A DNA stretch of 64,000 nucleotides from Azolla caroliniana (taxonomy: Eukaryota > Plantae > Polypodiophyta). This document shows, one piece after another, positions 35,398 to 47,748 of the stretch; within the stretch, counting starts at the first letter, position 1, and every line of letters begins with the position of its first letter. The notes below the pieces were generated by a model. That model saw nothing but the letters and a program-made list of their open reading frames with translations. It did no database searches and was not told the DNA's origin. The position numbers and the translations under genes were made by a program. The DNA lies in assembly GCA_043228905.1 (NCBI GenBank), contig JBHGNT010000004.1:2232001-2296000 (forward strand), written 5' to 3'.

Positions 35398-37334
35398 TGG
35401 TCTATTTCGACGTCGCCGATCTTGACTCGCACGTTTGGGCAGGCCCCGTGTAGTTCCTCGGTGGCGCGCGTCACCGCCCGTATCTTCCACCTGTGCTTAG
35501 TGTTGATCGGCCATTTCCCTTTTTTGTAGAAGTCCATGGACATCACGTTTATTTCGGAACCGTGGTCCACCAGTGCCACCACCGGTTCCTGAACATCTCC
35601 GATTTTCACCGGGGTTTCCGTGGTCGCTCGGGCCCAGTGTGGCCTCGAATAGTGGCTCTCCGCCCACTCGTCTTCCAGCGCCATGTCCTCTATGTGCGCC
35701 GTCTGTACTTCCACCGGCCTTTCCGGTTCCACCTCCGTCGATAGCCTCTTCCTCTTCACCAAGTCCACGATGGAGTCGTGGAACTCCTTCTTGGCTATCC
35801 CGAGCACCTCTTGCAACGACAGTTCCACCTTGCTGTCGAGGATTCGTTCTTCCAGGACCTTTCGTAGGTCCGTGGTCCTTTCGATCTCCGTGCCCAACCG
35901 GTATCCGCCCTTCTTGCGGTTATCCCGGGTGCTGGACTCACTGGCCTCGTTTCGTTTCGGCCCGAAGCGGGTTTCGTATCTCTGTGATGGTCCGGCCCCT
36001 CTGTTTTTACCTACCCGTTTGTCTTCAACCAGAGCCTCGTAGTTCTGGCAAGCTGCTTCAACGAAACCCGTATTTTCTTCGACCGGGTCACTCCACCCGA
36101 TTACCTCCTGGACCCGCTTCTCCGCGCGGTCCGCCTCGTCTCTCTTCAGTCGGGCACCAGCGAGGCCTTCCAGCACAGTCGGCTAGAACTCGGTTTTGCC
36201 CTCCTTCCGGGCCCCGCTGCCCCCGACCCGAATACCGGCTGACGCTGAGTAGTGGACGGTCTCCGCGTGCCGGGTTGCCGCCACTTCCATCAGCCTTTTC
36301 ATTCCTCCTCTCCCGTCGTTTCGGCTCAGGGCCCTCCGGGTATCGCTGGCGTGCACCCGACCTTCCCACAGGTACACTACCCGGCTTCTCAAAGCCTCCA
36401 TAAAGTCCCCGCAGTCTTTCCGGATGTGGCCGACCTCGTCGCACCACATGCACCTACTTCCTACCGGAGGCCGTCGGTCACGAGCCTGATCGCCGCCTTC
36501 CCTCCGAGACTGGGTGATCTGGAGATCCTTTACCACTCGTGTCAACTCCTCCAGAGCTGTTCCCCCGGACGAGCCTCTGATCACGCCGGTCGAAGACGAA
36601 CCGGTTTCGAGCCACTCCCGGGTCTCTTCCCTTCGTACCTGCGGTATCGGTTCGAGCTTCCTTGCTGCGACAGGTCTCGCCCCGGTCGCCTCTGTATCAG
36701 CCCACTCCCACCGTTTGTCAAAACGGCCGCAGACTCTCTTTACCGCGGCCCAGTCGATTGTCAGCCCGTCTTCGGTTTCCAGTAAGGAGCCAACTTGCCC
36801 CCGATCCCGTGTGTCAACCGACTTGACAAACAGTAGCACATGACTTGTGTCCAGAACTGTCCGATCGAGCGCCGAAAGGCGCGCAAAGCGTTCCTCAAAC
36901 TCCCGGAGGAGTACCGACGCATTTCTTCCTTTGTTGGGGGACTCCACCCATTCCATGAAGCTCCGCTTCGAAAGTCGAAGCGCGTCATCCAGCCCGTATT
37001 TCTCCAGGAGCCGTCCTTCGAACTCTTCCCAGGTCCTGCTCTCCGCCCGGACCTCGAGCACCTCCGCATGGATGCCCGGCATCGCCACTCGAGGGAATCC
37101 GGCAAGACGCCTCTCTTCCGGAATATCCCTCATAAACATCTCCACCTGGTAGGACGCCAAATAACTCGTGGCATCCTTTCCACTGAACCGGCCGATCATA
37201 CCGACGATCGCCTCAATAGCCCTGTCAAGGGCGCCGGTGCCCTCGCGCGCGCCCACTATCCGGTCCACGGCCGAAGCCATGGCCTCTGCAAGATCCGACC
37301 CCCTCATCTGCTGCTCCTCTGCTGCCTGCTTCAC
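35398..37334 (-). pseudogene. Gag-protease of D (one premature stop at 36183)
   Basis: MRGSDLA..., CMWCDEVGHIRKDC knuckle, ALVDHGSEIN protease. Confidence 0.9.
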
Positions 37335-37351
37335 GTCGGGTTCATCAAATA

Positions 37352-38000
37352 TGTCGCGTTACTACGCGCGTGCGTGGGAAAACAAGGCGGGACCACTAGG
37401 GTCTTGAACCGAAGAGTAGGTGATAGAAGGGGGAAGAGAAGGAGAGAGACGCCCGGTCACGTATGAGCAAAGAAACACAGGGGCATGGCCCGTCAACACA
37501 GAGGACACGAATGGACACAGAGATAGGGAGACACAAGTGTTTGTAAATTAACGAATAACAAGTACACAGCAGAACACACGAGCGGCTACAACCGAACAGG
37601 CCGGCGAACAGATGTCGATGCCTGTTCGTCTGTGCACGAAATGGGGATAGGATGGAGGTGCTCCCGGAAGCACATGGGCGTTCCTCGAAGCAGCGCGAGC
37701 CTCCCGAAACCTGCAGAGAAGAGCAACAGAGAACAAATAGAGGAGAAGCGTTCGGTTCCGGTCCGATAGCACTTCGTCCTCCTGAATGCGCGCCCCTTTC
37801 TCCCTGTGTCTCCCTCTCCTTTATATCGTTAAGAAGGGAGCCGTCTCCCTCCTTTACTTCCTACCTACCGAATCTAACTACCCCCGGATATGCCTTCGTA
37901 CTTAATTCTCTATTATATACATTAAGGGTGCGCACACGTGAAGAGCTAGTTCACGCACGCTATGCACCGATTGCGCCAAGGGACGGTTTTCTTCACGACA
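37352..38000 (-). repeat. 5' LTR of D
   Basis: Matches 18799-19445; PBS adjacent. Confidence 0.9.
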
Positions 38001-39858
38001 ACGCGTCGCCACGCGTATCTTCCACCCATGCTTGTTGTTGATCGGCCATTTACCCCTCTTATAGAAATCCATGGACATAAGGTTGATTTCGAATCCATGG
38101 TCTACCAAGGCCACCACCGGTTCCGGAACGTTGCCGATCCGGACAGGGGTTTCCAGAGTTGCCCTGGCCCAATGCGGCTTCACGTAGTGGCTTTCCGCCA
38201 ACTCGTCTTCTAGGGCCACGGCTTCTAAGTGCGTAGTCCGCACCTCCACCGGCTTCTCTGGTTCCGGCTCCGTCGACAACCTTTTCCTCTTCACCAAGTC
38301 TACGATGGAGTCGTGGAACTCCTTCTTGGCGATCCCGAGCACTTCCCTCAGCGACATCTCCACTTTGTTGTCGAGGATACGTTCCTCCAGGACCTTTCGC
38401 AAGTCTGTGCTCCTTTCGATTTCGGTGCTCAACCGAAACCCCGCCTGCTTCTTTCCGTCCGGCGCGCCTGGGTTGCCGGCACCGGTCGGTTTCGGTCCGA
38501 ACCGGGTCTCATACCTCTGTGGGGGACCGACCCCTCCGACCTTTCCTGCCCATTTGTCTTCCACCAGAACCTCGTAGTTCTGGCAAGCGGCTTCTACGAA
38601 GCCCGTTTTCTCTACGACCGGATCGTCCCAACCGGTGACCTCCTGGACCCGTTGTTCCGCGCGGTCCACCTTGTCCTTCTTCAGCCGAACTCCAGAGAGG
38701 CCTTCTAGCACTAGCGGCCAGAATCCGGAGTCCTTCGCCTTCCGAGTCTCATCACCCCCGACCCGAATTCCCGCCGACACTGAGTAGTTAACGGCTTCAA
38801 CGTGTCGTGCCGCGGCCTCTTCCATCAACCTCTTCATTCCGTCGCGCCCCATATTTAGTTCTAGGGCTCTCCGGGTCTCGCTCGGGTGCACCCACCTGTT
38901 TCAGAGGTACACCACGTTGGTCCTGAGCGCGGCAACGAAATCCGCGCAATCCTTCCGAATGTGACCGATCACGTCACACCACATGCACCGCTGCCCAGCC
39001 GGCGGCCTCCGGTCGCAAGGTTGTTCGCCACTGTCTCTCCAGGCCTGTGCAATCTGCAGGTTGTGCACCATCTGTGTCAGCTCCTCTAGAGCCGCTCCTC
39101 CGGATGGGCCTCTGACCACGTCCTTCGATGCCGACACTGACTCTGGCCAAATTCGGGTCTCTTCCTTCCTACCTACCGGCACCTATACCGGCTCCTCGAG
39201 CCTCCTCCCCGGGACCGGCCCTGACCCCAACGAGCTTTCATCGCTCCAATCGCGCCGTTTGTCGAAATGGCTGCACACCCATTTTACCACAGCCCGGTCT
39301 GTCGTGAGCCCTTCGTCCGTTTCCAATAGGGGACCCACCTTTTCCTTGTCGAGCGCATCCACCGACTTGACAAACAGTAATACTCGACTCATTTCAAGCA
39401 CTATCCGGTCCAGCGTCGAAAGCCGCGCGAACCGTTTTTCGAACTCCTGGAGGAGCACCGACGTGTTCCTCCCTTTTCCGGGGCTTTCCACCCACGCCAT
39501 GAAGGCCCACCTCGACAGCCGAAGCGAGTCGTCAAACCCATACTTCTCGAGGAGCCGCAGCTCGAACTCCTCCCAAGTCTGGCATCTGGCCAACACCTCG
39601 AGCACCTCCGCGTGGATGCTCGGCGTCATCACCCGAGGCAATCCGGACAACCGCCTCTCCACCGGGATATCCCTCATGATCATTTCGGCCCGGTAAGCCT
39701 TTCCCTCTGAACCGGCCTATAGTGCCGACGATCGATTCAATGGCTCTGTCGAGGGTACCCGTCCCCTCATGAGCGCTTACCAGCCGGTCGACGGCTACCG
39801 CCATCGCCTCTGCTAGCTCTGATCCCCTCATCTTTCGACTCCTTTGCCGCCTTTCACG
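38001..39858 (-). pseudogene. Gag-protease N-terminal part of B
   Basis: MRGSELA..., CMWCDVIGHIRKDC, ALVDHG(F)EIN; stops and frameshifts. Confidence 0.88.
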
Positions 39859-39874
39859 TCGGGTTCACAAAAGA

Positions 39875-40126
39875 TGTCGCGTTCTTACGCGTGTGCATGT
39901 AGAAAGAGGCGGGACCACAGGGGTCTCGGACCAAGGAGAGAGAGAGAGACGCAAGTACACAGAGAGAGATGAAGAGCAAGGAAAACAGGAATCCGATTAC
40001 TATATTCAATAGCTTACAACCGGCAACCCGGTAATGGACCCGACGCGGGACACGATCCATCCGTGTAAGAGCCGGTTCATGCGCTTTTCTGTCTGATTCT
40101 GCCTATGGCCGGTTTTCTTCACGACA
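39875..40126 (-). repeat. 5' LTR of B, internally deleted
   Basis: Both ends match 12007-12640, but about 380 bp of the middle is missing. Confidence 0.88.
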
Positions 40127-41659
40127 GCGTACATCAAGTCCCTAAACTCGGAGATACGGCACTTCTCCGGAAAAGATAATGCCATGGCCGATATGCTTTC
40201 AAGGGCACGGTTCAACAACAAGGACGGCATGGTTTCGGATGACGAAGAAGTCGGCGAGGACTTCTTCGGGTCAGCTAACATGGCAACTAGGACAAGGAGC
40301 ACTCCGGCACTTAACGAGTTCGACGAGAGCGAATATGACGGGGAGTGGCTCCAAATAGGAAGGTTCCTGCGGACAATGACGTCGGACACGGTGTGGACTA
40401 GAGAAGAGGCCATTCGGGTGCGGAAGAAGGTCTGCCGATTCTTCCTATGAGGAGGACGGATATGGAGGCATCCAAAGAAGCGTAGTGTCACCCCACTCCG
40501 CGTAGTGGCAAGGGAGGAAGAGCAGAAAGTGTTGCTTATGGTGTATCACGACAGTCCTTGGGCAGGACACCACGGGACGTGGGCTACGTTCGAGAAGCTC
40601 AAGGGTAAGTTTTGGTGGCCGGGGCTATACCGGGATGTGCATCATTTTGTGACGACTTGTGAGAGTTGCCAGATGCACTCGACAGTCCGACATCGAGACG
40701 AGCTTCATCCAGCCTACCCACCAACTATCCACTTCAAATGGATGGTGGATTTAATGATTATGCCAATGGGGGTAGGACAGATGCGATATTGGTGCTGGCT
40801 CGAGAGGACCTGACGAATCAAGTGGAAGGCCGCACACTGCAGAACAAGACGACCGCGGTTGTGTGCCGGTTTCTAATAGAAGATGTGATATGCCGGTACG
40901 GGTGTGTTGGGAAGATCGTAGCTGATTGGTGAGAGCTAGATGCACGGGAAGCTAAGGAGCTGTTTGACCGACTAGGGGTCAAACTCTCCCTTACTACGGC
41001 GTACAATTCGGAGGCGAACGGGAAAGCAGAACGAAGCCACAGGCCTATTGTGAAGGCGTTAGTGAGTGCATGCAAAGGACAGGTCAGGAATTGGCCGCAG
41101 ATCGAACTACGCACAGTTCGGTGACGGGGTTCATGCCAACGGAGCTTATGTATGGGCAGAAGCCAATCATGTCGGCGGAGAAAACGATCACTTCGTGAGC
41201 CGCGATGTGGACTAGAAGGATGAGATGAGCCGAGAAGAGTTGCTGGCAGCGAGGATCCGGCAACTCAAGCGAAGACCGGAAGACGTGGAACGGGCGAAGG
41301 AAAGGTTGCGTACAACATGAGAAAAGAACAAAGGCCGGTTCAACCATACTCACCGACTGAGGCCGAGGAAGATCGAGGAAGGTGACTGGGTGCTGGTGTA
41401 TGACAGCAACCTCGACAATCAGCACAAGGCAGTGCGCAAGTTTGCGAGGAGGTGGTTCGGACCCTATACAGTAACAAGTGCGAACGACAACGACACGTAT
41501 CATCTCGCGGAACTCGAAGGGACACGGATGGCGGTGCCGGTGGCAGGGAAAAGGGTCAAGGTATTCAAGAAACGGCAAGAGCGAGAGCCAGACCCAGAAC
41601 GCGCGACCGACGACGACGACGGGCTCGAAACATACGAGGATCAGGGCAGCAACGGGTGA
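40127..41659 (+). pseudogene. RNaseH end and integrase of A
   Basis: MADMLSR, HDSPWAGH..CESCQ, WMVD, WFGPY motifs. Confidence 0.88.
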
Positions 41660-41732
41660 AGGCGGGCCGGTTTTCTTTGACCTGTGCTATATCTGGCGCG
41701 TACCGGTGGATGCGCGGTTTGGTGGGGGTGGA

Positions 41733-42274
41733 TGTCGTGGAGAAAACTGTCCCTAGGAGGAAACAAAAGAAACCGTGCACGAACCGGCCCTTCCATGTGT
41801 GGGCATGTGAATTGATAACTTGTTCATAATTATGTGTAGGGCGGCCGATGTAAATATACTAGGTGCGACATATTTATTAGGAAATCGATGCGTATCTCTA
41901 TCCGAAGGGACAGAGAATAAAGTAATGTGACCGTGACTAAAGGAGAAGGGTCTCTCCCCAACGACCTATATAAGGAAGAAGAGAAAGAAGAACAAATTGG
42001 CATGCGTTAACGAGGACGAAGTGCTGCCGGACCGCGTGTCGAGCTGTCTCTCTCGTCCTTCGGTTGTCTTTCTCTGCGGGTTTGGAGATCGTCGCCTCTA
42101 CTTCGTGGACAACTCATGCGCTTCCAGCAGAGGATCTCCCTTCGCGTTTCTGTGTTTGGCGTGTGACATCTGTGTGTGTGTGTGTGGACTCTTGTGTAGG
42201 GTCGGTTGCCGGTGTACCGGTTGTAATCATTACTGGTGTTATAATCGAATTGTTCCGTTTTCTCTCTCTCTTTC
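41733..42274 (+). repeat. 3' LTR of A, left part (remainder at 47607-47744)
   Basis: Follows PPT GGTTTGGTGGGGGTGGA; matches the sequence from 6685 onward. Confidence 0.9.
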
Positions 42275-45200
42275 TGTTGGGATTACGGTCCCTTTCGGAT
42301 GGGATGGTCGGATATCGGAGATGAATGCCGACAAGCCCGGTTTCGGTTTTCGGAACCGGATGATGAAGACCCCGGCTTCGGAGCCGGATGACGAATGTAC
42401 CCGGAGCAAGATCCGGATGCGGGGACATATCTGTGAATATGTTTGCCAAGGGCCCTTGAGGCTATAGTTGTAAATAGCCCCAAAGTCATATGTGTATAAA
42501 TATGACTTAGGGCAAACAGTTTTGATGTTGCTTATTATTTTTTCTGTTTTTCCACTCAAGAGGTGTGAAGAGAGAGCAGCCGCGAGAGAGATAGAGCGTG
42601 AGAGAGGAAGAGGTCGACGCCTCTGTGTATTTCCGCCTCCTGTGGCGAGGACAGCGAGCTCAAGGTCGTCGCCTTGCAGCTCGCCATTGTATATTTCTCT
42701 GTGCATAGTTTTGGTTTGGAGTCTTGTACTCCCGTGGTTTTTCCCGTCTAGGGTTTTCCACGTTAATCGCTGCGTACTCGTGTTCTTTCTCTGGTGGTTC
42801 CTATTTTCTGCTGTATTGATTCGTGCTTACTCGGTTGTGGCCGAGTGGTGAAGGTTAATCGGAGCATCGATTTTCTCTACAAACTGGTATCAGAGCGACT
42901 GTTGCAGAAAATGGAAGGCGGCGGTAGCGGGCAGCCGGGGATGATGGTGCTGAATGCGCAGAACTACGCCGACTGGAAGATCAAGATGGAAGATCTTCTG
43001 ATTGTTCGGGACCTGTACGAACCGATTGACAGGTCGGAAATACCGAAGGGAGTACTTGAGTCGGAATGGAGGCTTCTGAACCGGAAAGCCGTTGCAACCA
43101 TTCGGCAATACGTAGACGTGAGTGTTCTACAACATGTGGCGAATGACACCAACGCATATGAGATGTGGAAGAAGCTGTCGGGCCTCTACGAGAGGAAGAA
43201 TGCGTTGAACCGGACCTCCCTGATGAGGAAGATAGTGAACCTCAAGTACCGGGACGGCGAGAGTATGGTGGAACACGTAAGCACGTTCATGGGATTCGTG
43301 ATTCAGCTTGCGGCGATCAAGTTCCCGTTGGAGGATGCAATGCAAGCCATCATCCTGATGTGTACATTGCCGGACAGCTGGGAGAACCTGGTGGTGACTC
43401 TCAGCACCTCCTGCACCGAAGATAACTTGTCCCTACAAACGGTAAAGACAAGTATCTTGAACGAAGAAGCGCGTCGGAGAGATAAAGAACCGGCCTCCGA
43501 TCCGAAGATGTTGTTTACCGAATCGGATCGGGGAAGACAACGGAACCGGAGTCCGCAAAGACGGGAGAAGTCGGGGACCCGGTCGCAGTCAAGAGGAAGG
43601 CCCACATGCTTCCACTGTGGGAAGCCGGGGCACTTCCGAAAGAATTGTCGGCATTACCGAAAAGACAACGGAGCCGACGACACCGATTCGAAGAAGTCTT
43701 CGGAACGAAACGGGGCTTACCGGGGAGCCACGGACCGGAATGGTTCGGATCGGCGAGGGCAGGACTGGAAAGGAACGACGGCACTCGCGGCAAGTGAAGA
43801 GGAGATCATGCTCATCACCGAAGAAGGTGAACTAAACATTGCCGGCGATGAGACGACCTGGGTGGTCGATTCCGGAGCATCGTTCCACCTGACCCCGGAG
43901 AGAAGATACTTCTCATCCTACACAGCCGGTGAGCATGGCTGTGTTCGGATGGGAAATGAAGGTACGTGCCGGATTGCCGGCATAGGAGACGTGTGGTTGA
44001 CAACCCCGACCGGATGCAAAATGCTGCTGAAGGATGTCCGACACGTTCCGGAGGTTCGATTGAACCTGATTTCGGCCGGGAGGCTAGACGATGAAGGCTA
44101 CACAGGTAGCATCCGGAACGGCGTAATGAAGTTCAGCAAGGGGAGCCTGATAGTGGCTCGGGCCCGAAAAGTCAACACACTGTACCTGATGAATACCCGG
44201 TTATGTCCGGAAGAGCTGAATGTGGCAGCCGACACTGCCGGTGAGCTGTGGCACAAAAGACTGTGCCACATGAGTGAGAAGGGGATGAAGAGGCTTGCAG
44301 AAGACAACCTTATTCCAGTGAAGCATGTGCACCTGGAGAAGTGCACCGATTGCCTGACCGGTAAGCAGAACCGAACCTCCTTCCACTCAAGGCCACCGAC
44401 GAGACGTAGCGCACTATTGGAGTTGGTGCACACCGATGTGTGTCAGGTAGAAACGAAGTCACATGGCGGAGCCCAGTACTTCGTAACATTCATTGATGAT
44501 CACAGCCGGAAGCTGTGGACGGCACCGTTGAAGACAAAGGACCAAGTGTTGTCCGTCTTCAAAGAACTCCACGCGAGAGTGGAAAGAGAATCCGGCAAGA
44601 AGCTGAAAGCGATACGAGCGGATAACGGAGGGGAATACCGGGGACAGTTCCAGGAGTACTGTCGCTCGAAGGGAATCCGGCTCGAGTTTACTGTGCCGAA
44701 GACGCCGGAACTGAACGGGCTGGCCGAGAGGATGAACCGGACCATAATGGAGAGGGTCCGGAGTATGCTGGCGCATGCGAAATTACCCAAGGGGTTTTGG
44801 GCTGAGGCAATGTCGACGGCGACATATGTGATAAACCGATCACCCTCAGTACCTTTGGACGGAGACACGCCGCAGAGAGTGTGGACCGGTAGGGAAGTAT
44901 CTTACCGGCATCTGAAGGTGTTCGGGTGTCTCGCATACATGCATGTGGCAAAGGACCGGAGAGGAAAGCTAGATCCAAAGACCCGGCCATGCATATTCCT
45001 CGGTTACGGCGACGACGAGTTCGGCTACCGAGTATGGGACCCGGTCGACAAGAAGATATTCAGGAGTCGAGATATCATCTTCATGGAGAACAAGACACTC
45101 GCCGACTGGGAGTCGGAGAAGAAGATGAAGAGCTCCAAGTCGACCGGTGAGGATCAACTCTACGAGGAGCAGTCCCGACCGGCAAGGGACCGGTTAGCAC

Positions 45201-47601
45201 TCGAGGATCCGGCCGAAGACGGTGAAGAAACAGAACCGGCCGAAGAAGATGAAAATGATACCGGAACCGGCCCCGATCCCGAAATGGATTCGGATGAAGA
45301 AGAATCGGAAGAACCGGTTACCGAAGCTCCGGAACGGAGATATCCTCTAAGAGAGAGAAGGGCCCCCCGGAGATTTCCGGAACCAGAGCACGTGCTGCTA
45401 ACCGACGAGGGGGAGCCGGAGAGCTTTGAAGAAGCAAAGCATGACACCCAGAGCCGCAGGTGGTTGAGTGCCATGCAGGACGAGATGGATTCCCTGCATG
45501 AGAACCACACATATGAACTTGTGGAGTTGCCGAAAGGAAAGCGGGCACTTCGAAACAAGTGGGTGTTCAAGCTGAAACCGGGAGATGCCGAAAACCCCCC
45601 GAGATACAAAGCCAGGATCGTGGTGAAGGGGTTTCAGCAGAAGAAGGGCGTCGACTTCGACGAGATATTTGCCCCGGTAGTGAAGATGACCTCCATTCGG
45701 ACGGTGCTGAGCATAGCGGCAAGCATGGACCTCGAGGTAGAACAGATGGACGTGAAGACGGCATTCCTTCACGGTGACCTCGAAGAAGAGATCTACATGC
45801 AGCAACCGGAAGGATTCGAGAAGAAAGGGAAGGAGCACCTGGTATGCCGGTTGAAGAAGAGCCTTTACGGACTGAAGCAGGCTCCCCGGCAATGGTACCG
45901 GAAGTTCGACTCCTTCATGACCGACAAAGGGTACCTCAAAACGCAGTCCGACCACTGCGTGTTTGTGAAGAAGTTCGAAGGAGGAGACCTTCTAATACTC
46001 CTCCTGTACGTGGACGACATGTTGATCGTCGGACGAGACCAGGTCAAGATACGGATGCTGAAGAAGGCTCTTCACCGAACCTTCTCCATGAAGGACCTGG
46101 GTCCGGCGAGGCAAATACTAGGGATGCACATCATCCGGGACCGGAAGAAGAAGCAGTTGTGGCTGTCACAGGAGAAGTACGTGACAAAGGTGCTTCACCG
46201 GTTCAACATGTCGGAAGCAAGACCGGTCGGGTCAACACTCCCGGCAAACTGCAAGTTGTCCAGCAAGCAGAGCCCCAAGACAAAGGCTGAGAAGGAGGAC
46301 ATGATGAAAGTACCATATGCCTCTGCCGTCGGGAGCTTGATGTACGCAATGGTGTGTACCCGACCGGACATCGGATATGCAGTCGGAGTGGTGAGCCGGT
46401 ACATGAGCAATCCCGGCAAAGAGCATTGGAACGCGGCCAAGTGGATACTCCGATACCTGAAGGGCACGGCAAACGTGTGCCTCCGATTCGGCTCCGGTAA
46501 GCCCGAACTCGACGGCTTTACCGATTCGGATATGTCGGCTGATGCAGATACCAGCCGGTCCACATCAGGGTATGTGATGACGTATGCAGGGGGAGCTGTT
46601 TCATGGCAGTCGAGGCTGCAGAAGACGGTTGCGTTGTCAACCACGGAGGCGGAGTACATGGCGGTTGTTGAAGCCGGCAAGGAAATGATATGGATGAAGG
46701 ACTTCATTAGCGAGCTCAGTATCCGGCAGGAGGAGTACCGACTCTACTGCGACAGTCAGAGTGCCATCCACCTTGCGAAGAATGCGGCCTATCACTCCCG
46801 GACGAAGCACATCCAGCGTAGATACCACTGGATCCGGGAAAGGATAGAAGACAAGCAGTTCATGCTGACGAAGATCCACACGGACGAGAACGGGTCGGAT
46901 ATGCTGACCAAGGTACTCACACCCGACAAGCTGGAAGCATGCCGGAAGAGGATCGGATTGGAGAGACATCCCATGCCGAAGTGAAGGGGGAGTTTGTTGG
47001 GATTACGGTCCCTTTCGGATGGGATGGTCGGATATCGGAGATGAATGCCGACAAGCCCGGTTTCGGTTTTCGGAACCGGATGATGAAGACCCCGGCTTCG
47101 GAGCCGGATGACGAATGTACCCGGAGCAAGATCCGGATGCGGGGACATATCTGTGAATATGTTTGCCAAGGGCCCTTGAGGCTATAGTTGTAAATAGCCC
47201 CAAAGTCATATGTGTATAAATATGACTTAGGGCAAACAGTTTTGATGTTGCTTATTATTTTTTCTGTTTTTCCACTCAAGAGGTGTGAAGAGAGAGCAGC
47301 CGCGAGAGAGATAGAGCGTGAGAGAGGAAGAGGTCGACGCCTCTGTGTATTTCCGCCTCCTGTGGCGAGGACAGCGAGCTCAAGGTCGTCGCCTTGCAGC
47401 TCGCCATTGTATATTTCTCTGTGCATAGTTTTGGTTTGGAGTCTTGTACTCCCGTGGTTTTTCCCGTCTAGGGTTTTCCACGTTAATCGCTGCGTACTCG
47501 TGTTCTTTCTCTAGTGGTTCCTATTTTCTGCTGTATTGATTCGTGCTTACTCGGTTTTGGCCGAGTGGTGAAGGTTAATCGGAGCATCGATTTTCTCTAC
47601 A
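42275..47601 (+). mobile_element. Intact young Ty1/Copia LTR retrotransposon (Tnt1/Tork-like)
   Basis: 607-bp LTRs 42275-42881 and 46995-47601 (TG..CA; only 2 differences noticed); TSD CTTTC; PBS TGGTATCAGAGC (tRNA-iMet) at 42885; PPT GAAGGGGGAG. Confidence 0.97.
42911..46984 (+). CDS. Copia gag-pol polyprotein (about 1357 aa)
   Basis: Uninterrupted ORF: CCHC knuckle, WVVDSGAS protease, integrase (LWHKRLCH, VHTDVC, ADNGGEY), RT (QMDVKTAFLHG, LLYVDD), RNaseH (FTDSD, CDSQSAI). Confidence 0.96.
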   Translation: MEGGGSGQPGMMVLNAQNYADWKIKMEDLLIVRDLYEPIDRSEIPKGVLESEWRLLNRKAVATIRQYVDVSVLQHVANDTNAYEMWKKLSGLYERKNALNRTSLMRKIVNLKYRDGESMVEHVSTFMGFVIQLAAIKFPLEDAMQAIILMCTLPDSWENLVVTLSTSCTEDNLSLQTVKTSILNEEARRRDKEPASDPKMLFTESDRGRQRNRSPQRREKSGTRSQSRGRPTCFHCGKPGHFRKNCRHYRKDNGADDTDSKKSSERNGAYRGATDRNGSDRRGQDWKGTTALAASEEEIMLITEEGELNIAGDETTWVVDSGASFHLTPERRYFSSYTAGEHGCVRMGNEGTCRIAGIGDVWLTTPTGCKMLLKDVRHVPEVRLNLISAGRLDDEGYTGSIRNGVMKFSKGSLIVARARKVNTLYLMNTRLCPEELNVAADTAGELWHKRLCHMSEKGMKRLAEDNLIPVKHVHLEKCTDCLTGKQNRTSFHSRPPTRRSALLELVHTDVCQVETKSHGGAQYFVTFIDDHSRKLWTAPLKTKDQVLSVFKELHARVERESGKKLKAIRADNGGEYRGQFQEYCRSKGIRLEFTVPKTPELNGLAERMNRTIMERVRSMLAHAKLPKGFWAEAMSTATYVINRSPSVPLDGDTPQRVWTGREVSYRHLKVFGCLAYMHVAKDRRGKLDPKTRPCIFLGYGDDEFGYRVWDPVDKKIFRSRDIIFMENKTLADWESEKKMKSSKSTGEDQLYEEQSRPARDRLALEDPAEDGEETEPAEEDENDTGTGPDPEMDSDEEESEEPVTEAPERRYPLRERRAPRRFPEPEHVLLTDEGEPESFEEAKHDTQSRRWLSAMQDEMDSLHENHTYELVELPKGKRALRNKWVFKLKPGDAENPPRYKARIVVKGFQQKKGVDFDEIFAPVVKMTSIRTVLSIAASMDLEVEQMDVKTAFLHGDLEEEIYMQQPEGFEKKGKEHLVCRLKKSLYGLKQAPRQWYRKFDSFMTDKGYLKTQSDHCVFVKKFEGGDLLILLLYVDDMLIVGRDQVKIRMLKKALHRTFSMKDLGPARQILGMHIIRDRKKKQLWLSQEKYVTKVLHRFNMSEARPVGSTLPANCKLSSKQSPKTKAEKEDMMKVPYASAVGSLMYAMVCTRPDIGYAVGVVSRYMSNPGKEHWNAAKWILRYLKGTANVCLRFGSGKPELDGFTDSDMSADADTSRSTSGYVMTYAGGAVSWQSRLQKTVALSTTEAEYMAVVEAGKEMIWMKDFISELSIRQEEYRLYCDSQSAIHLAKNAAYHSRTKHIQRRYHWIRERIEDKQFMLTKIHTDENGSDMLTKVLTPDKLEACRKRIGLERHPMPK

Positions 47602-47748
47602 CTTTCATTGTGTTCAGCAAAATGCTCTCTCTCTCTCTTTCACTGTGTTCAGCAAAATGCTCTCTCTCTCCTCTCTCACGCTCCTTGGTTCAGGGCCCCC
47701 GCGGTCCCGTCTCATTTCACCTGCGAAAGCATAGTAACATGACAACGG

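Larger units (their letters stand above)
18799..38000 (-). mobile_element. Gypsy LTR retrotransposon D inserted in the protease of B
   Basis: LTRs 18799-19445 and 37352-38000, closely similar; TSD ACGC (18795-18798 / 38001-38004); PBS at 37331-37347. Confidence 0.92.
12007..40126 (-). mobile_element. Gypsy LTR retrotransposon B inserted in the RNaseH of A
   Basis: LTRs 12007-12640 and 39875-40126 (the latter internally deleted); TSD GCGT (12003-12006 / 40127-40130); PPT left of the body, PBS at about 39855-39871. Confidence 0.9.
6685..47744 (+). mobile_element. Gypsy LTR retrotransposon A (outer element of the nest)
   Basis: Matching LTRs 6685-7323 and 41733-42274 + 47607-47744; TSD ACGG (6681-6684 / 47745-47748); PBS, gag-PR-RT-RH-IN order, PPT at about 41716-41732. 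Confidence 0.9.

Noticed and set aside
42890-47426. Numerous antisense and alternative-frame ORFs over retroelement genes (here and across the window)
   Set aside because: Expected shadow ORFs in GC-rich coding DNA; no independent motifs.
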